Shown here one piece after another: positions 9,873 to 19,101 of a stretch of 64,000 nt of DNA. The notes beneath the pieces were generated by a model. It was not told the DNA's origin and did not search any database. It worked only from the letters and a program-made list of their open reading frames with translations. The position numbers and the translations under genes were made by a program. Origin of the DNA: Cyanobacteria bacterium K_Offshore_surface_m2_239 (GTDB taxonomy: Bacteria > Cyanobacteriota > Cyanobacteriia > PCC-6307 > Cyanobiaceae); assembly GCA_016882305.1 (NCBI GenBank), contig VGQX01000001.1, forward strand, positions 2,548-66,547, in the 5' to 3' direction. Position 1 is the first letter of the stretch, and each line of letters opens with the position of its first letter.

Positions 9873-10535
9873 ATGTTCACCGGATTGGTTCAGGCCGTGG
9901 GCCAGCTGGAGCCCTGCTCCCATGGGGTGTGGGTCCGCGGCGATCTGCGGGGGTTGGGAGCCCTGGCCCTCGGCGACAGCGTCGCTGTCGATGGCGTCTG
10001 TCTCACCGTTGCGGAAAGGGATGAAGCCCATCGGGGGTTCCGGGCCGATGTGAGCGAGGAAACCCTCTCCCGCACCACCCTCGGACGGCGGGCCCAGGCC
10101 CGGGCCTTGGTCAACCTCGAACCGGCCCTGAGGCTCGCCGACCGGCTCGGGGGCCATCTGGTGAGCGGCCATGTCGATGGGACGGGCACGGTGGTGGGCA
10201 TCGATGCCCTGGCGTCCTCCTGGCGCTTGACCGTGGCCTGGCAGGACCCGAGCTTCGGCCGCTACGTGTGCGAAAAAGCCAGCATCGCCCTCGACGGCAT
10301 CAGCCTCACGGTGGCGGGGGTCCAGGAGGCCGGCGCCGTGTTCTGGCTGGCGGTGATCCCGCACACCTGGCAGAGCACCACCCTGCGTCAGCGGCGAGTC
10401 GGGGATGTGGTGAATCTGGAGGCCGACCTGCTGGCCCGCTACTTGGAACGCCTTCTCGCGGAGGGAACCTCAGCTCAGCGCCCCGCCGTCGCGAACCCTC
10501 TCACCGGTGATTGGCTGGCCGAGCACGGCTGGTGA
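9873..10535 (+). CDS. ribE: riboflavin synthase (alpha chain)
   Basis: 220 aa starting with the canonical MFTGLVQAVG. Two lumazine-binding repeats (GDSVAVDGVCLTV and ASIALDGISLTV). Confidence 0.92.
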   Translation: MFTGLVQAVGQLEPCSHGVWVRGDLRGLGALALGDSVAVDGVCLTVAERDEAHRGFRADVSEETLSRTTLGRRAQARALVNLEPALRLADRLGGHLVSGHVDGTGTVVGIDALASSWRLTVAWQDPSFGRYVCEKASIALDGISLTVAGVQEAGAVFWLAVIPHTWQSTTLRQRRVGDVVNLEADLLARYLERLLAEGTSAQRPAVANPLTGDWLAEHGW

Positions 10536-10589
10536 GGGGCCGGCGTGGTTGCGTCGCTAGAACAGCGTTCAGGTCCTGAGGGGAGTGCA

Positions 10590-11216
10590 ATGGCGCGGGA
10601 TCACGCCAACCAGAGGGCTGCGCAGGCGGGAGAGGCTTGGGTGACGCGGGAGGAGCGGATTCTGCTGCGCACCACCCTGCTGGAGGGTGGTGTGATGGTG
10701 TTGCTTGGTGCTTCGGCGCTGCTCTTTCCTTGGGTGGCCTCGATCTGGCTGACCGGGGTGGTGGCGATGGTCTTCCTTGTCTCCGGTTTGGTCACGGGGA
10801 TCACAACAGGGTTTCGCGCCCGCCGGCTGAGCGTGCCGCATGCCTTCTGGCGTTTCGTGCTGGCCACCCTGCTGGTCCTGGCGGGTCTCTGGATGGTGGG
10901 CCAGCTGGCGTCGGGACCCATCGCCGCCTCTCGCCAGGTGGGGAATCTGGCTCGGGTCGCCGGACTGGTGTTCGTCCTGGAGGGACTCGCCGCCAGCGTG
11001 TTCTCCCTCAACCACCGCCGCATTCGCGGCTGGGGGTGGGGACTGGTGAATGGTTTGGGAACCTTGGCTTTGGGGATCGTGCTCCTCTCCTTGCGCCTCT
11101 CTCATCTGCCTTGGATGGTGGGGATCCTTGTGGGGATGAGCTTCCTGTTCAGTGGTCTCGATCTGCTCTTGTTCGGCAGACGCTTCCACGAGGAAGGGAT
11201 TCAAGGCCAGGAGTGA
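10590..11216 (+). CDS. HdeD/DUF308-like membrane protein
   Basis: Six predicted TM helices with repeated small-residue-rich segments. ATG 10590 is preceded by GAGGGGAG. The longest ORF starts at GTG 10545. Confidence 0.55.
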   Translation: MARDHANQRAAQAGEAWVTREERILLRTTLLEGGVMVLLGASALLFPWVASIWLTGVVAMVFLVSGLVTGITTGFRARRLSVPHAFWRFVLATLLVLAGLWMVGQLASGPIAASRQVGNLARVAGLVFVLEGLAASVFSLNHRRIRGWGWGLVNGLGTLALGIVLLSLRLSHLPWMVGILVGMSFLFSGLDLLLFGRRFHEEGIQGQE

Positions 11217-11271
11217 GGGAGGGCGTCCGGTCCGCCGTATCGCGGCGGAACCGGCGGGAAGGATCCTTGAC

Positions 11272-11724
11272 TCAGCTCTCCTTGCTGTCTGGCTCGAGCG
11301 GCAGCAACCAGATGGACCCGGTCTCGCGATGGATCTCAATGCGGAACTCCTGGCCGGGTTCCAACCCCATGCGTCGGGTGTAGGCCTGGCCGATCAGCAG
11401 GTTTCCATTGCCGTGCACGCGGGTTCGGAAGTCGGCATGACGTCCCCGGCTCATGCCAGCAACCATGGTGCTGGAGGGAAGGCTGTAACCCTTGGCTAGG
11501 ACAAGAGCCCGATAGAAACTCTTCTTCAATACCCTGCCGCTCGGACCGACATAGCCGCAGGCACGGGCAATCTGATCCTCTGGTCGGTTGCTCAGAGAGC
11601 GTGCTCTGTCAAGAAGTTCCTTGCCTTCCAGCGGCGCCTGCATGGGCTGCGCTGGTAGCTCAGGGGTTGTGTTGGGGAACTGTTGGCCCGCAGAGATGGA
11701 TGCTGGGCCTTTGTTGGCGGCCAT
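11272..11724 (-). CDS. cyanobacterial AbrB-like transcriptional regulator (cyAbrB, CalA/CalB type)
   Basis: 150 aa. N-terminal cyAbrB-specific domain (GKELLDRARSLSNRPEDQIARACGYVGPSG...FYRALVLAKG). C-terminal AbrB/SpoVT swapped-hairpin domain (VHGNGNLLIGQAYTRRMGLEPGQEFRIEI). Confidence 0.8.
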   Translation of the reverse strand: MAANKGPASISAGQQFPNTTPELPAQPMQAPLEGKELLDRARSLSNRPEDQIARACGYVGPSGRVLKKSFYRALVLAKGYSLPSSTMVAGMSRGRHADFRTRVHGNGNLLIGQAYTRRMGLEPGQEFRIEIHRETGSIWLLPLEPDSKES

Positions 11725-11811
11725 TCGCCTGCTTATGCGATCCTTATTAAATTTTGCCTTCGCGGAGAGCTTTTCGCAAGGAATGCAGCCTTAAGAAGGG
11801 GGGAGTTCGGT

Positions 11812-12435
11812 TTACAGCAGATACAGCAGTCCATAGAGGACCACCCAGATGCCATCCACAAAGTGCCAGTAAAGTTCAGCGGCCTCAAGACCAAAGGGCT
11901 TGATGGCGGAAACCTTGCCATTGGGTCCGACTTGAAAGAGAACCACCAGAATGCAGATCACCCCCAAGGTGACGTGAAGGCCATGAAAGCCCGTCAACGC
12001 GTAAAAGGTGCTGGCAAAAAGATTTTCAGTGAGGCCAAAAGGAAGATGAAAATACTCAACCATCTGGCCGACCAAAAAGGCGATCCCCAAGGCTGCTGAG
12101 ACCCCGAGCCACAGCCGACAATCATGGATGCGTGATGTGAGCAGGGCCCGGCCGGCGCGATGAAAGGTCAGGCTGCTGATGATCAACAGAGCGGTGTTGA
12201 TGGTGGGCAGCACAAGCTCGAGTTCATAGTTCGAGCCACTCGGCAGGGGGTTCACCGCCCGGAAGGTCAGATAGGCGGCAAAAAAACCGGCAAAGGTCAT
12301 GCCATCCGCCACAAGAAAGGTCGCCAGCCCAAACATGCGCACATCGTTGTGCTCTTCGGCCACGCCATGATCTGTGGCGTCTTGGTGGGGGCTGGCCTTC
12401 GCATCGCTGGTCAAACTTGTCGCCAGGGTGTCCAT
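11812..12435 (-). CDS. ctaE: cytochrome c oxidase subunit III
   Basis: 207 aa. Typical CtaE helices (FLVADGMTFAGFFAAYLTFR, GFHGLHVTLG, YWHFVDGIWV). Confidence 0.93.
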   Translation of the reverse strand: MDTLATSLTSDAKASPHQDATDHGVAEEHNDVRMFGLATFLVADGMTFAGFFAAYLTFRAVNPLPSGSNYELELVLPTINTALLIISSLTFHRAGRALLTSRIHDCRLWLGVSAALGIAFLVGQMVEYFHLPFGLTENLFASTFYALTGFHGLHVTLGVICILVVLFQVGPNGKVSAIKPFGLEAAELYWHFVDGIWVVLYGLLYLL

Positions 12436-12470
12436 GGGAGAAGGTCGATGGGGCGTGTGAGGAGCGGGGA

Positions 12471-14150
12471 TCAGGAACCAGTCCAGACATCTTGACCTGT
12501 CGCCTGATCGACAGGCAGGCCTGCGGAGGGGAGCTGGCCATAGCCGTAAGGATGGGCGACCAGGGGAGCCTCACCTTTCCAGTTTTCAACGGGCGGAGGA
12601 GACGTGGTCAACCACTCTGGCGTCAGAGCGTTCCAGGGATTATCACCGGCCACGGCGCCGTGCGAGAAACTCCGAATCACATTGATCAGGAAAGGAAGGG
12701 TGCTCAGAGCCATCAGCAAGGCGCCAACACTGCTCAACTGATTGAGCGTGGTGAACATGGGATCGTATTCGGCCACCCGACGTGGCATGCCGTTCAGGCC
12801 GAGCCAATGCTGGGGGGCGAAGCAGAGGTTGAAGCCGATGAAAGTGAGCGCAAAATGGATTTTTCCCAGTGTTTCATCCAACATCTTGCCCGTAAACTTT
12901 GGATACCAGTGATAAATGGCGCTGAAGATCACAAAGACAGTGCCACCATAAACAATATAGTGAAAATGGCCGACTACAAAGTAAGTGTCGTGAACATGGA
13001 TATCAAATGGAACCTGGGCTAGCGCCACGCCTGTGATCCCGCCGAACACAAAGTTCACAATGAACGCACAGGCAAACAACATCGCACTATTGAGAGCAAT
13101 CTTCCCGCCCCACAATGTGGCCAACCAGTTGAAAAACTTGATTCCTGTTGGCACGGCGATGAATGCCGTTGCGATGGTGAAAAACAACCGCATCCAGGGC
13201 GGCGTGCCGCTGGTGAACATGTGGTGGGCCCAAACGATCAAGCCCAGAAAAACAATGGCCATAATGGAGTAGACCATTGTGCTGTAGCCAAAGAGTGGTT
13301 TCCTTGCATGCACGGGCAGAATTTCACTAACAAGCCCAAAGGCGGGCAAGACCATGATGTAGACCGCCGGATGGGAGTAAAACCAAAATAAGTGCTGGTA
13401 GACAACAACATTGCCACCGAGGGTTGGATTGAAGAAACCGGTGTGGGCAACGATATCAAAACTGAGCAATAACAAGGTTCCCGCCAACACAGGGGTGGAG
13501 AGAACCGCAAGAATGCTGGTTCCCAGCATGGCCCAGCAATACATCGGCAACTGCATCAGCTTCAAGCCAGGCCGGCGCATCTTCATGACCGTGGCGATGA
13601 AGTTGATGGCGCCAAAAATGGAACTTCCTCCGAGAAGAAGTACGCTGATGATCCAAACCACCTGAGCCATGGCCGGAGTCGTCAGGCTCAATGGGGGATA
13701 AGCGGTCCAGCCGGACTGAGCGGAACCAGTGATGAAATGGCTGGCAATCAGCAAGAGACCCGCCGGAGGAATCATCCAGAAGGCAACGGCATTGAGGCGT
13801 GGAAAGGCCATGTCCCTCGCGCCTACATAGAAAGGAATCAAATAATTGCCAAAGCCGCCATTCACAACAGGGACGATCCAGAGAAAAATCATGATCGTCC
13901 CGTGGAGCGTCAAGACTTCGTTATAGGTTTCACGGCTGACGAAATCTGACATCGGGCTGACCAGCTCTGTGCGGATCACTCCGGCCAAAGCACCACCGAT
14001 CAAATAGAACAGAAAGCTGGTGACAATGTATTGGAGACCGATGACCTTGTGGTCAAGGCTGAAGCTGAAATAACGCAACCAACCCTGGGGCTGAAGTTGG
14101 CCGGAGGGTGGTTGGGGAACCGCAAGGTCCTGAGGAGAGGCGATGGTCAT
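12471..14150 (-). CDS. ctaD: cytochrome c oxidase subunit I
   Basis: 559 aa. Heme-copper oxidase signatures: HGTIMIF, WFYSHPAVY, WAHHMFTSG, VVGHFHYIV. Confidence 0.97.
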   Translation of the reverse strand: MTIASPQDLAVPQPPSGQLQPQGWLRYFSFSLDHKVIGLQYIVTSFLFYLIGGALAGVIRTELVSPMSDFVSRETYNEVLTLHGTIMIFLWIVPVVNGGFGNYLIPFYVGARDMAFPRLNAVAFWMIPPAGLLLIASHFITGSAQSGWTAYPPLSLTTPAMAQVVWIISVLLLGGSSIFGAINFIATVMKMRRPGLKLMQLPMYCWAMLGTSILAVLSTPVLAGTLLLLSFDIVAHTGFFNPTLGGNVVVYQHLFWFYSHPAVYIMVLPAFGLVSEILPVHARKPLFGYSTMVYSIMAIVFLGLIVWAHHMFTSGTPPWMRLFFTIATAFIAVPTGIKFFNWLATLWGGKIALNSAMLFACAFIVNFVFGGITGVALAQVPFDIHVHDTYFVVGHFHYIVYGGTVFVIFSAIYHWYPKFTGKMLDETLGKIHFALTFIGFNLCFAPQHWLGLNGMPRRVAEYDPMFTTLNQLSSVGALLMALSTLPFLINVIRSFSHGAVAGDNPWNALTPEWLTTSPPPVENWKGEAPLVAHPYGYGQLPSAGLPVDQATGQDVWTGS

Positions 14151-14153
14151 GGA

Positions 14154-15035
14154 TCAGGCGACAGGGAGGACATCAAGCTGTGCAACGGAGGCGGTGGGCG
14201 GCGGCGCTGGAGAGTTTTTCTGGAGCCATGCCTCAAAATCATCAGGCTCATGCACCACAACGGACGATCGCATCCCACCGTGGTAAGGGCCGCAGAGCTC
14301 GGCGCAAACAATGGGATAGGTTCCGGGTCGAGTCGCGGTGAAGGTCAGAATGGTTTGCTGACCGGGGATGATATCCTGCTTGAGACGAAATTGTGGAACC
14401 CAAAAGGCGTGTATCACATCATTGGCTTTCATTCTTAGTTCGACAGAACGATGAGCAGGGACGTGAAGTTCACCACTGGTGATGTTTGCACCCGGGTAAT
14501 GAAAGATAAAGGCAAACTGCAAGGCCGTGAGGTCGACGGGGAGAATATCTTTGTCTGATCTGACGCCGATCCCACCCCAAACTCTTGGCTCCTCAGAGGT
14601 GGCTGCATTGGCGACCTGCATGGTTGCAGAGGCTTCCATACTGGCCGCGTGAACCATGGCACTGTGATCATTCAGAGGGGTCATCCCCCCCATGCGATCG
14701 TAAATATCGTAACTGTAGATTCCAATAAAAAGAACGACAACAGCTGGAATGGCTGTCCAAACGATTTCCAGTGGAAGGTTGCCTTCGATGGGCGCGCCAT
14801 CGCTGTGGTCTCCCTCGCGGCGACGGAAGCGGACAAGGCTGAAGAGAAGCAGGCCAAGAATGCCAATGAACAGAATGCTGCCAATGCTGAACAAAACCTT
14901 AAACAGTTCGTCGTAGACTGGCGCGTTGACGCTGGCATCGACGGGGAGCAGGGAAACGTTCTGACCCAGCCAGAGGCCAGCCAGAACAAGTGCCATGCCC
15001 ACCAGGAAGGTGATCAGGGAGGGGGGAATCGGCAT
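14154..15035 (-). CDS. ctaC: cytochrome c oxidase subunit II (CuA-containing)
   Basis: 293 aa. Two N-terminal TM helices and an intact CuA site (VIHAFWVP...CAELCGPYHGGM), so this is the aa3-type CtaI oxidase rather than an ARTO-type one. Confidence 0.95.
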   Translation of the reverse strand: MPIPPSLITFLVGMALVLAGLWLGQNVSLLPVDASVNAPVYDELFKVLFSIGSILFIGILGLLLFSLVRFRRREGDHSDGAPIEGNLPLEIVWTAIPAVVVLFIGIYSYDIYDRMGGMTPLNDHSAMVHAASMEASATMQVANAATSEEPRVWGGIGVRSDKDILPVDLTALQFAFIFHYPGANITSGELHVPAHRSVELRMKANDVIHAFWVPQFRLKQDIIPGQQTILTFTATRPGTYPIVCAELCGPYHGGMRSSVVVHEPDDFEAWLQKNSPAPPPTASVAQLDVLPVA

Positions 15036-15197
15036 GACCTGAAGGTTCAGGGAGGAGTTCCGTCGCGGGAAGGGGCCGGATCAGGAGCCAACGGCAGATC
15101 CGGTCTCACAAGGTTATGAAAGCTGGCGTGGCAATCGCGGACCTTTTGTAGTGAACACGCCTTTTGCCGCCAAATTTTACAAATCAACCTCAGATGT

Positions 15198-16154
15198 TTG
15201 CAATCCCTGATTGAAAAACCTCGTTACCATGGCTCCGTTGCCGCTTCGACGGCCTTGTCGCTTGCCTCTTCCCTCAAAGTGCTCACCTCCCATCTGGTGG
15301 TCGCTTTGATCGCTCTCGTCGCGATCGGAGGGGCCACGCGCGTCATGGAGGCTGGCCTCGCCTGTCCCGATTGGCCGCTCTGTTACGGGGTTCTTCTCCC
15401 AGGACGCCAGATGAACGCGCGGGTCTTTCTTGAATGGTTCCACCGATTGGATGCCTTCCTGGTGGGCCTGGCCTTGCTCGCTCTGCTCCTGGCCAGTGTT
15501 CTGGGCCGCCGGCATCTGCCCTCTTGGCTTCCCGGGCTGTCTTTGCTGTCCGTCACTTTGGTGGCCCTGCAGGGCATCCTCGGCGCCCTCACCGTCACTG
15601 GTCTTCTTGCCGCCCCCACCGTGACTGCCCATCTCGCCACCGCCCTCGTCCTCCTTCTTCTCGTCAGCGGTCTGGACCAAGGGTTGACCGAGAACGGGCC
15701 ATCGCAGGCTTCTCCCGTGTGGTGGGGATTGCTGCCTCTGCTCCCTGCGGCGATCGTCCTGGCCCAATGTGTCCTCGGTGGGGCCATGGCCAGCCAATGG
15801 GCTGTGGATCATTGCTTCGACTCAGGAAGCCAATGCGACTTGGTCTGGCGTCATCGGCAGCTGGCGGGCCCGGCGGCGCTCTCCATGCTGGCCCTGGCGG
15901 CCGCCCAATGGTTGTCTCCCTGGTCCGATCCCCTGTCCCGGGGTCTGGCCTCCGGCGGGGCCGGCCTGGTGGGCCTTCAGGTGGTTCTCGGTTTGCTCAC
16001 CCTGCAGGCCCAACTGGAGTGGCCGTGGCTCACCGTCGGCCATCAACTCGTGGCCGCCCTGCTGGTCGCCACCCTCGGCGCTCTCAGTGGCCGCGGTCTC
16101 CGCTCAGTCTTTGGCCGCTCTTCCTTGCCCTCTTTGAAGGTGACCTGTGGCTAG
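15198..16154 (+). CDS. ctaA: heme A synthase (COX15/CtaA family)
   Basis: 318-aa ORF with [21 protein letters not shown] and multiple TM helices. Divergent from ctaC. The TTG start at 15198 is uncertain; downstream TTG/GTG alternatives exist. Confidence 0.85.
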   Translation: MQSLIEKPRYHGSVAASTALSLASSLKVLTSHLVVALIALVAIGGATRVMEAGLACPDWPLCYGVLLPGRQMNARVFLEWFHRLDAFLVGLALLALLLASVLGRRHLPSWLPGLSLLSVTLVALQGILGALTVTGLLAAPTVTAHLATALVLLLLVSGLDQGLTENGPSQASPVWWGLLPLLPAAIVLAQCVLGGAMASQWAVDHCFDSGSQCDLVWRHRQLAGPAALSMLALAAAQWLSPWSDPLSRGLASGGAGLVGLQVVLGLLTLQAQLEWPWLTVGHQLVAALLVATLGALSGRGLRSVFGRSSLPSLKVTCG

Positions 16155-17097
16155 CAGTTCCATCCCTCGCTCCGTTCGCCTTCCCGCTTGGCTCGAAGTG
16201 GCCAAGCCTCGCCTCATCCCTCTTCTCCTGGCCACCACCCTGGGAGGAATGGCCCTTTCCGCCGGCTGGCCTCTCGATGGCTGGCGCTTGGCCTGCACTC
16301 TTGTCGGGGGTGCCATGGCATCGGCGGGAGCCGGGGTGCTCAACTGCCTCTGGGAAGAGGAGTTGGATCGCCGCATGCTGCGCACCAGCAAGCGCGCCAT
16401 TCCCTCTGGTCGCCTGGCCCAGCAGCAGGCCTTTGCCCTGGCCATCGCCCTCACTGCGGGCTCCGTGCTGGTGTTGGTTCGGGGCGTCAATTCCCTGGCC
16501 GCCGCTCTGGCGCTCTTTGGCCTCTGCAGCTATGTGCTCCTCTACACCGCTTTTCTGAAGCCTCGCACTTCCCTGAACATCGTCATCGGCGGTGTCGCCG
16601 GTGCGATCCCCCCCCTCGTGGGAGCCGCGGCCGCTGGCTCCATGGGGTGGTCCTGCTGGTGGCTTTTCACCCTGGTGCTGGTCTGGACACCCGCCCACTT
16701 CTGGGCTCTCTCCCTCCTGTTGCGCGAGGATTACCGCCAGGCCGGCATCCCGATGCTCCCCGTGGTGAGTGGGGTGGTGCCCACGGCTGAAGCCATCAGT
16801 CGCTACAGCTTTGGCACGGCTTTTCTGAGCCTCGTTGGCATCCTCGCCCTGCCAACAGGAGGCTGGCTCTATGGGCTCCTGGTGCTGCCGTTCAACGCAC
16901 GCTTGCTGCAGCTCGCCCATCAGCTGCGCCTTCAGCCCGAAGACCCCTCTTCAGCGCGCAACCTGTTTCGCTGGTCCATCTTCTATCTCTTTGGCATCTG
17001 TTTTCTGCTGCTGATCTGTCGCAGTCCCCAGGCGGCGCACTTCGACTGGACCGGGATGACGGTTCTCCTCCAGCTGCCCGTCCCTGGCACTGCCTAG
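16147..17097 (+). CDS. ctaB: protoheme IX farnesyltransferase (heme O synthase)
   Basis: 316 aa, GTG start overlapping the ctaA end by 8 nt. UbiA-family motifs ([35 protein letters not shown]). Confidence 0.93.
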   Translation: MASSSIPRSVRLPAWLEVAKPRLIPLLLATTLGGMALSAGWPLDGWRLACTLVGGAMASAGAGVLNCLWEEELDRRMLRTSKRAIPSGRLAQQQAFALAIALTAGSVLVLVRGVNSLAAALALFGLCSYVLLYTAFLKPRTSLNIVIGGVAGAIPPLVGAAAAGSMGWSCWWLFTLVLVWTPAHFWALSLLLREDYRQAGIPMLPVVSGVVPTAEAISRYSFGTAFLSLVGILALPTGGWLYGLLVLPFNARLLQLAHQLRLQPEDPSSARNLFRWSIFYLFGICFLLLICRSPQAAHFDWTGMTVLLQLPVPGTA

Positions 17098-17133
17098 ATT
17101 GCCAACCTCTTTGACACGCTGGAGAAGCGCGGC

Positions 17134-18159
17134 TTGATTGAGCTCCACCATCTCAGGAAGGGCTTCGCCGGAGGCCGCAAGGCCCCCCCGGTTCAAGCCT
17201 TGGACGATTTCTCGTTGAACGTTCCCCGAGCTTGTCTCTATGGCTTGCTCGGTCCCAATGGCTCCGGAAAAACCACGGCGTTGAGAATTCTCTGCACTCT
17301 CCTTGCTCCAGACTCCGGTGTGGTCCGAGTGGCGGGTTGCGATGCCCTCGCCGACCCTCGTGGCGTGAGACGCCTCCTTGGCTATGTGGCCCAGGAGGTG
17401 GCGATCGACAAAATTCTCACCGGTCGCGAGCTGCTCCGACTGCAAGGAAATCTCTACCATCTATCCGGCGCACAGATCGAGGAGCGTCTGGCCGAGCTGA
17501 TCTCCCTCCTGGCCATGGAGGATTGGATCGATCGCCGTTGTGGCACCTATTCCGGTGGCATGCGACGCCGGCTCGACCTGGCGGCGGGATTGCTCCATCG
17601 CCCCGCCGTCCTGGTGCTCGATGAACCCACAGTGGGCCTCGACATTGAGAGTCGCAACGCCATCTGGCAGGTCCTGCGGCTGCTGCGGGACGACGGGGTC
17701 ACCATCCTGCTGAGCAGTCACTATCTGGAGGAGGTGGATGCCCTGGCGGATCGTCTGGCCATCGTCGAGGCGGGCCGTGTCATCGCGGAAGGGTCACCCG
17801 CATCGCTGAAGCAGTCCCTCGGAGGTGACCGCGTCACCTTGCGGGTGAGGGAATTCAGTGATGGGGTGGAGGCTGAGCGGGTGCGCGAGCTGCTCGGCGA
17901 CTGCCAGGGCGTGCGCCAGGTGGTGGTGAACCGCGCTCAGGGCTATTCCCTCAACCTTGTGGTGGAGGATGAGGGGGTTGTGGCCGGGATCCGAGAGACG
18001 CTGGCCCGGGAGGCCTTGCCCGTATTCGCCCTTGCCCTCAGTCGACCAAGCCTGGACGATGTCTATCTGCAGGCCACAGGACGCACCTTGATGGATGCTG
18101 AGCTGGCGGTGGTCGGCCAGAGGGACCCCAAACTGGAACGCAAGCGACAGATGCGTTGA
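17134..18159 (+). CDS. ABC transporter ATP-binding protein (ABC-2/DrrA-like exporter)
   Basis: 341 aa, TTG start. Walker A GPNGSGKTT, signature YSGGMRRRL, Walker B VLVLDEPTVGLD. Confidence 0.9.
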   Translation: MIELHHLRKGFAGGRKAPPVQALDDFSLNVPRACLYGLLGPNGSGKTTALRILCTLLAPDSGVVRVAGCDALADPRGVRRLLGYVAQEVAIDKILTGRELLRLQGNLYHLSGAQIEERLAELISLLAMEDWIDRRCGTYSGGMRRRLDLAAGLLHRPAVLVLDEPTVGLDIESRNAIWQVLRLLRDDGVTILLSSHYLEEVDALADRLAIVEAGRVIAEGSPASLKQSLGGDRVTLRVREFSDGVEAERVRELLGDCQGVRQVVVNRAQGYSLNLVVEDEGVVAGIRETLAREALPVFALALSRPSLDDVYLQATGRTLMDAELAVVGQRDPKLERKRQMR

Positions 18160-18211
18160 AACCCTTTCCCGACGCGGAACTTCTGCCACCTTTGCCTTTT
18201 CTCTGCCGACC

Positions 18212-19075
18212 ATGACCAGCGCATCCCCCAGCCTGAACACCTTGCCAGCGGACACCCCCCCCTCCTCCGCCCTGGGCGAGATCCTTCAGGAAACCCTCGC
18301 CCTGACGGGACGTCTGTTTGTCCAGTTGCGGCGAAGACCGTCTACGTTGATCGCGGGTGTGTTGCAGCCATTGATCTGGCTTCTACTCTTCGGGGCGCTC
18401 TTTGCTAATGCGCCGAGTGGTTTTCTGCCTGGGGGTGAGAGCTATGGTCGATTTTTTGGCGCTGGCGTGATTGTGTTCACGGCTTTCAGCGCCGCCCTGA
18501 ACGCAGGACTACCCGTGATGTTTGATCGGGAGTTCGGCTTCCTGAATCGGCTGCTCGTCGCGCCCTTGCGCTCTCGCAGTTCAATCGTGTTTGCTTCTGT
18601 TCTTTATATCTCTTCCCTCAGCCTCATCCAGAGCCTGGCGATCATTGGCGCGGCGGCTCTGCTGGGATATGGCTGGCCGGGGTTCGCTGGCCTCTTGGTC
18701 GTGGTGCTTACCCTGGGGCTGCTGGTGTTCGCCGTGACGGCCTTGAGCCTGGGTTTGGCCTTCGCCTTGCCCGGTCACATCGAGATGATCGCCGCGATCT
18801 TTGTCGTCAATCTGCCTCTGCTCTTCGCCAGCACCGCCCTCGCCCCCCTGTCCTTCATGCCGTCCTGGCTCGCTTGGCTTGCCGCCGTGAATCCATTGAC
18901 CTTTGCCATCGAGCCCATCCGGGCCCTTTACAGCGGCCAGCTCCCCCTGTCGGAGGTTGTTCTCCAGGCTCCCTACGGCTCCCTGACCGGTTATGCCTGC
19001 CTGTGGATCCTCTTCGCTCTGGCGCTAACCCTCTTTTTGCTGGTGCGTCCGTTGCTGGATCGCAAATTGCAGTAA
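18212..19075 (+). CDS. ABC-2 type transporter permease
   Basis: Internal ATG (MTSASPSL) of ORF 18095..19075. Six-TM ABC-2 permease pattern (RRPSTLIAGVLQPLIWLLLFG, FGFLNRLLVAPL). Confidence 0.85.
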   Translation: MTSASPSLNTLPADTPPSSALGEILQETLALTGRLFVQLRRRPSTLIAGVLQPLIWLLLFGALFANAPSGFLPGGESYGRFFGAGVIVFTAFSAALNAGLPVMFDREFGFLNRLLVAPLRSRSSIVFASVLYISSLSLIQSLAIIGAAALLGYGWPGFAGLLVVVLTLGLLVFAVTALSLGLAFALPGHIEMIAAIFVVNLPLLFASTALAPLSFMPSWLAWLAAVNPLTFAIEPIRALYSGQLPLSEVVLQAPYGSLTGYACLWILFALALTLFLLVRPLLDRKLQ

Positions 19076-19101
19076 TCCCCGCTCTCCCGCTCTGATCCGC
19101 C

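Noticed and set aside
15074-15105. Inverted repeat GGCCGGATC...GATCCGGTC in the ctaC/ctaA divergent spacer, considered as a possible operator.
   Set aside because: It is a single 9-bp stem (with one G-T pair) and a 14-nt loop in GC-rich DNA. There is no second copy or known motif, so it is not distinguishable from chance.
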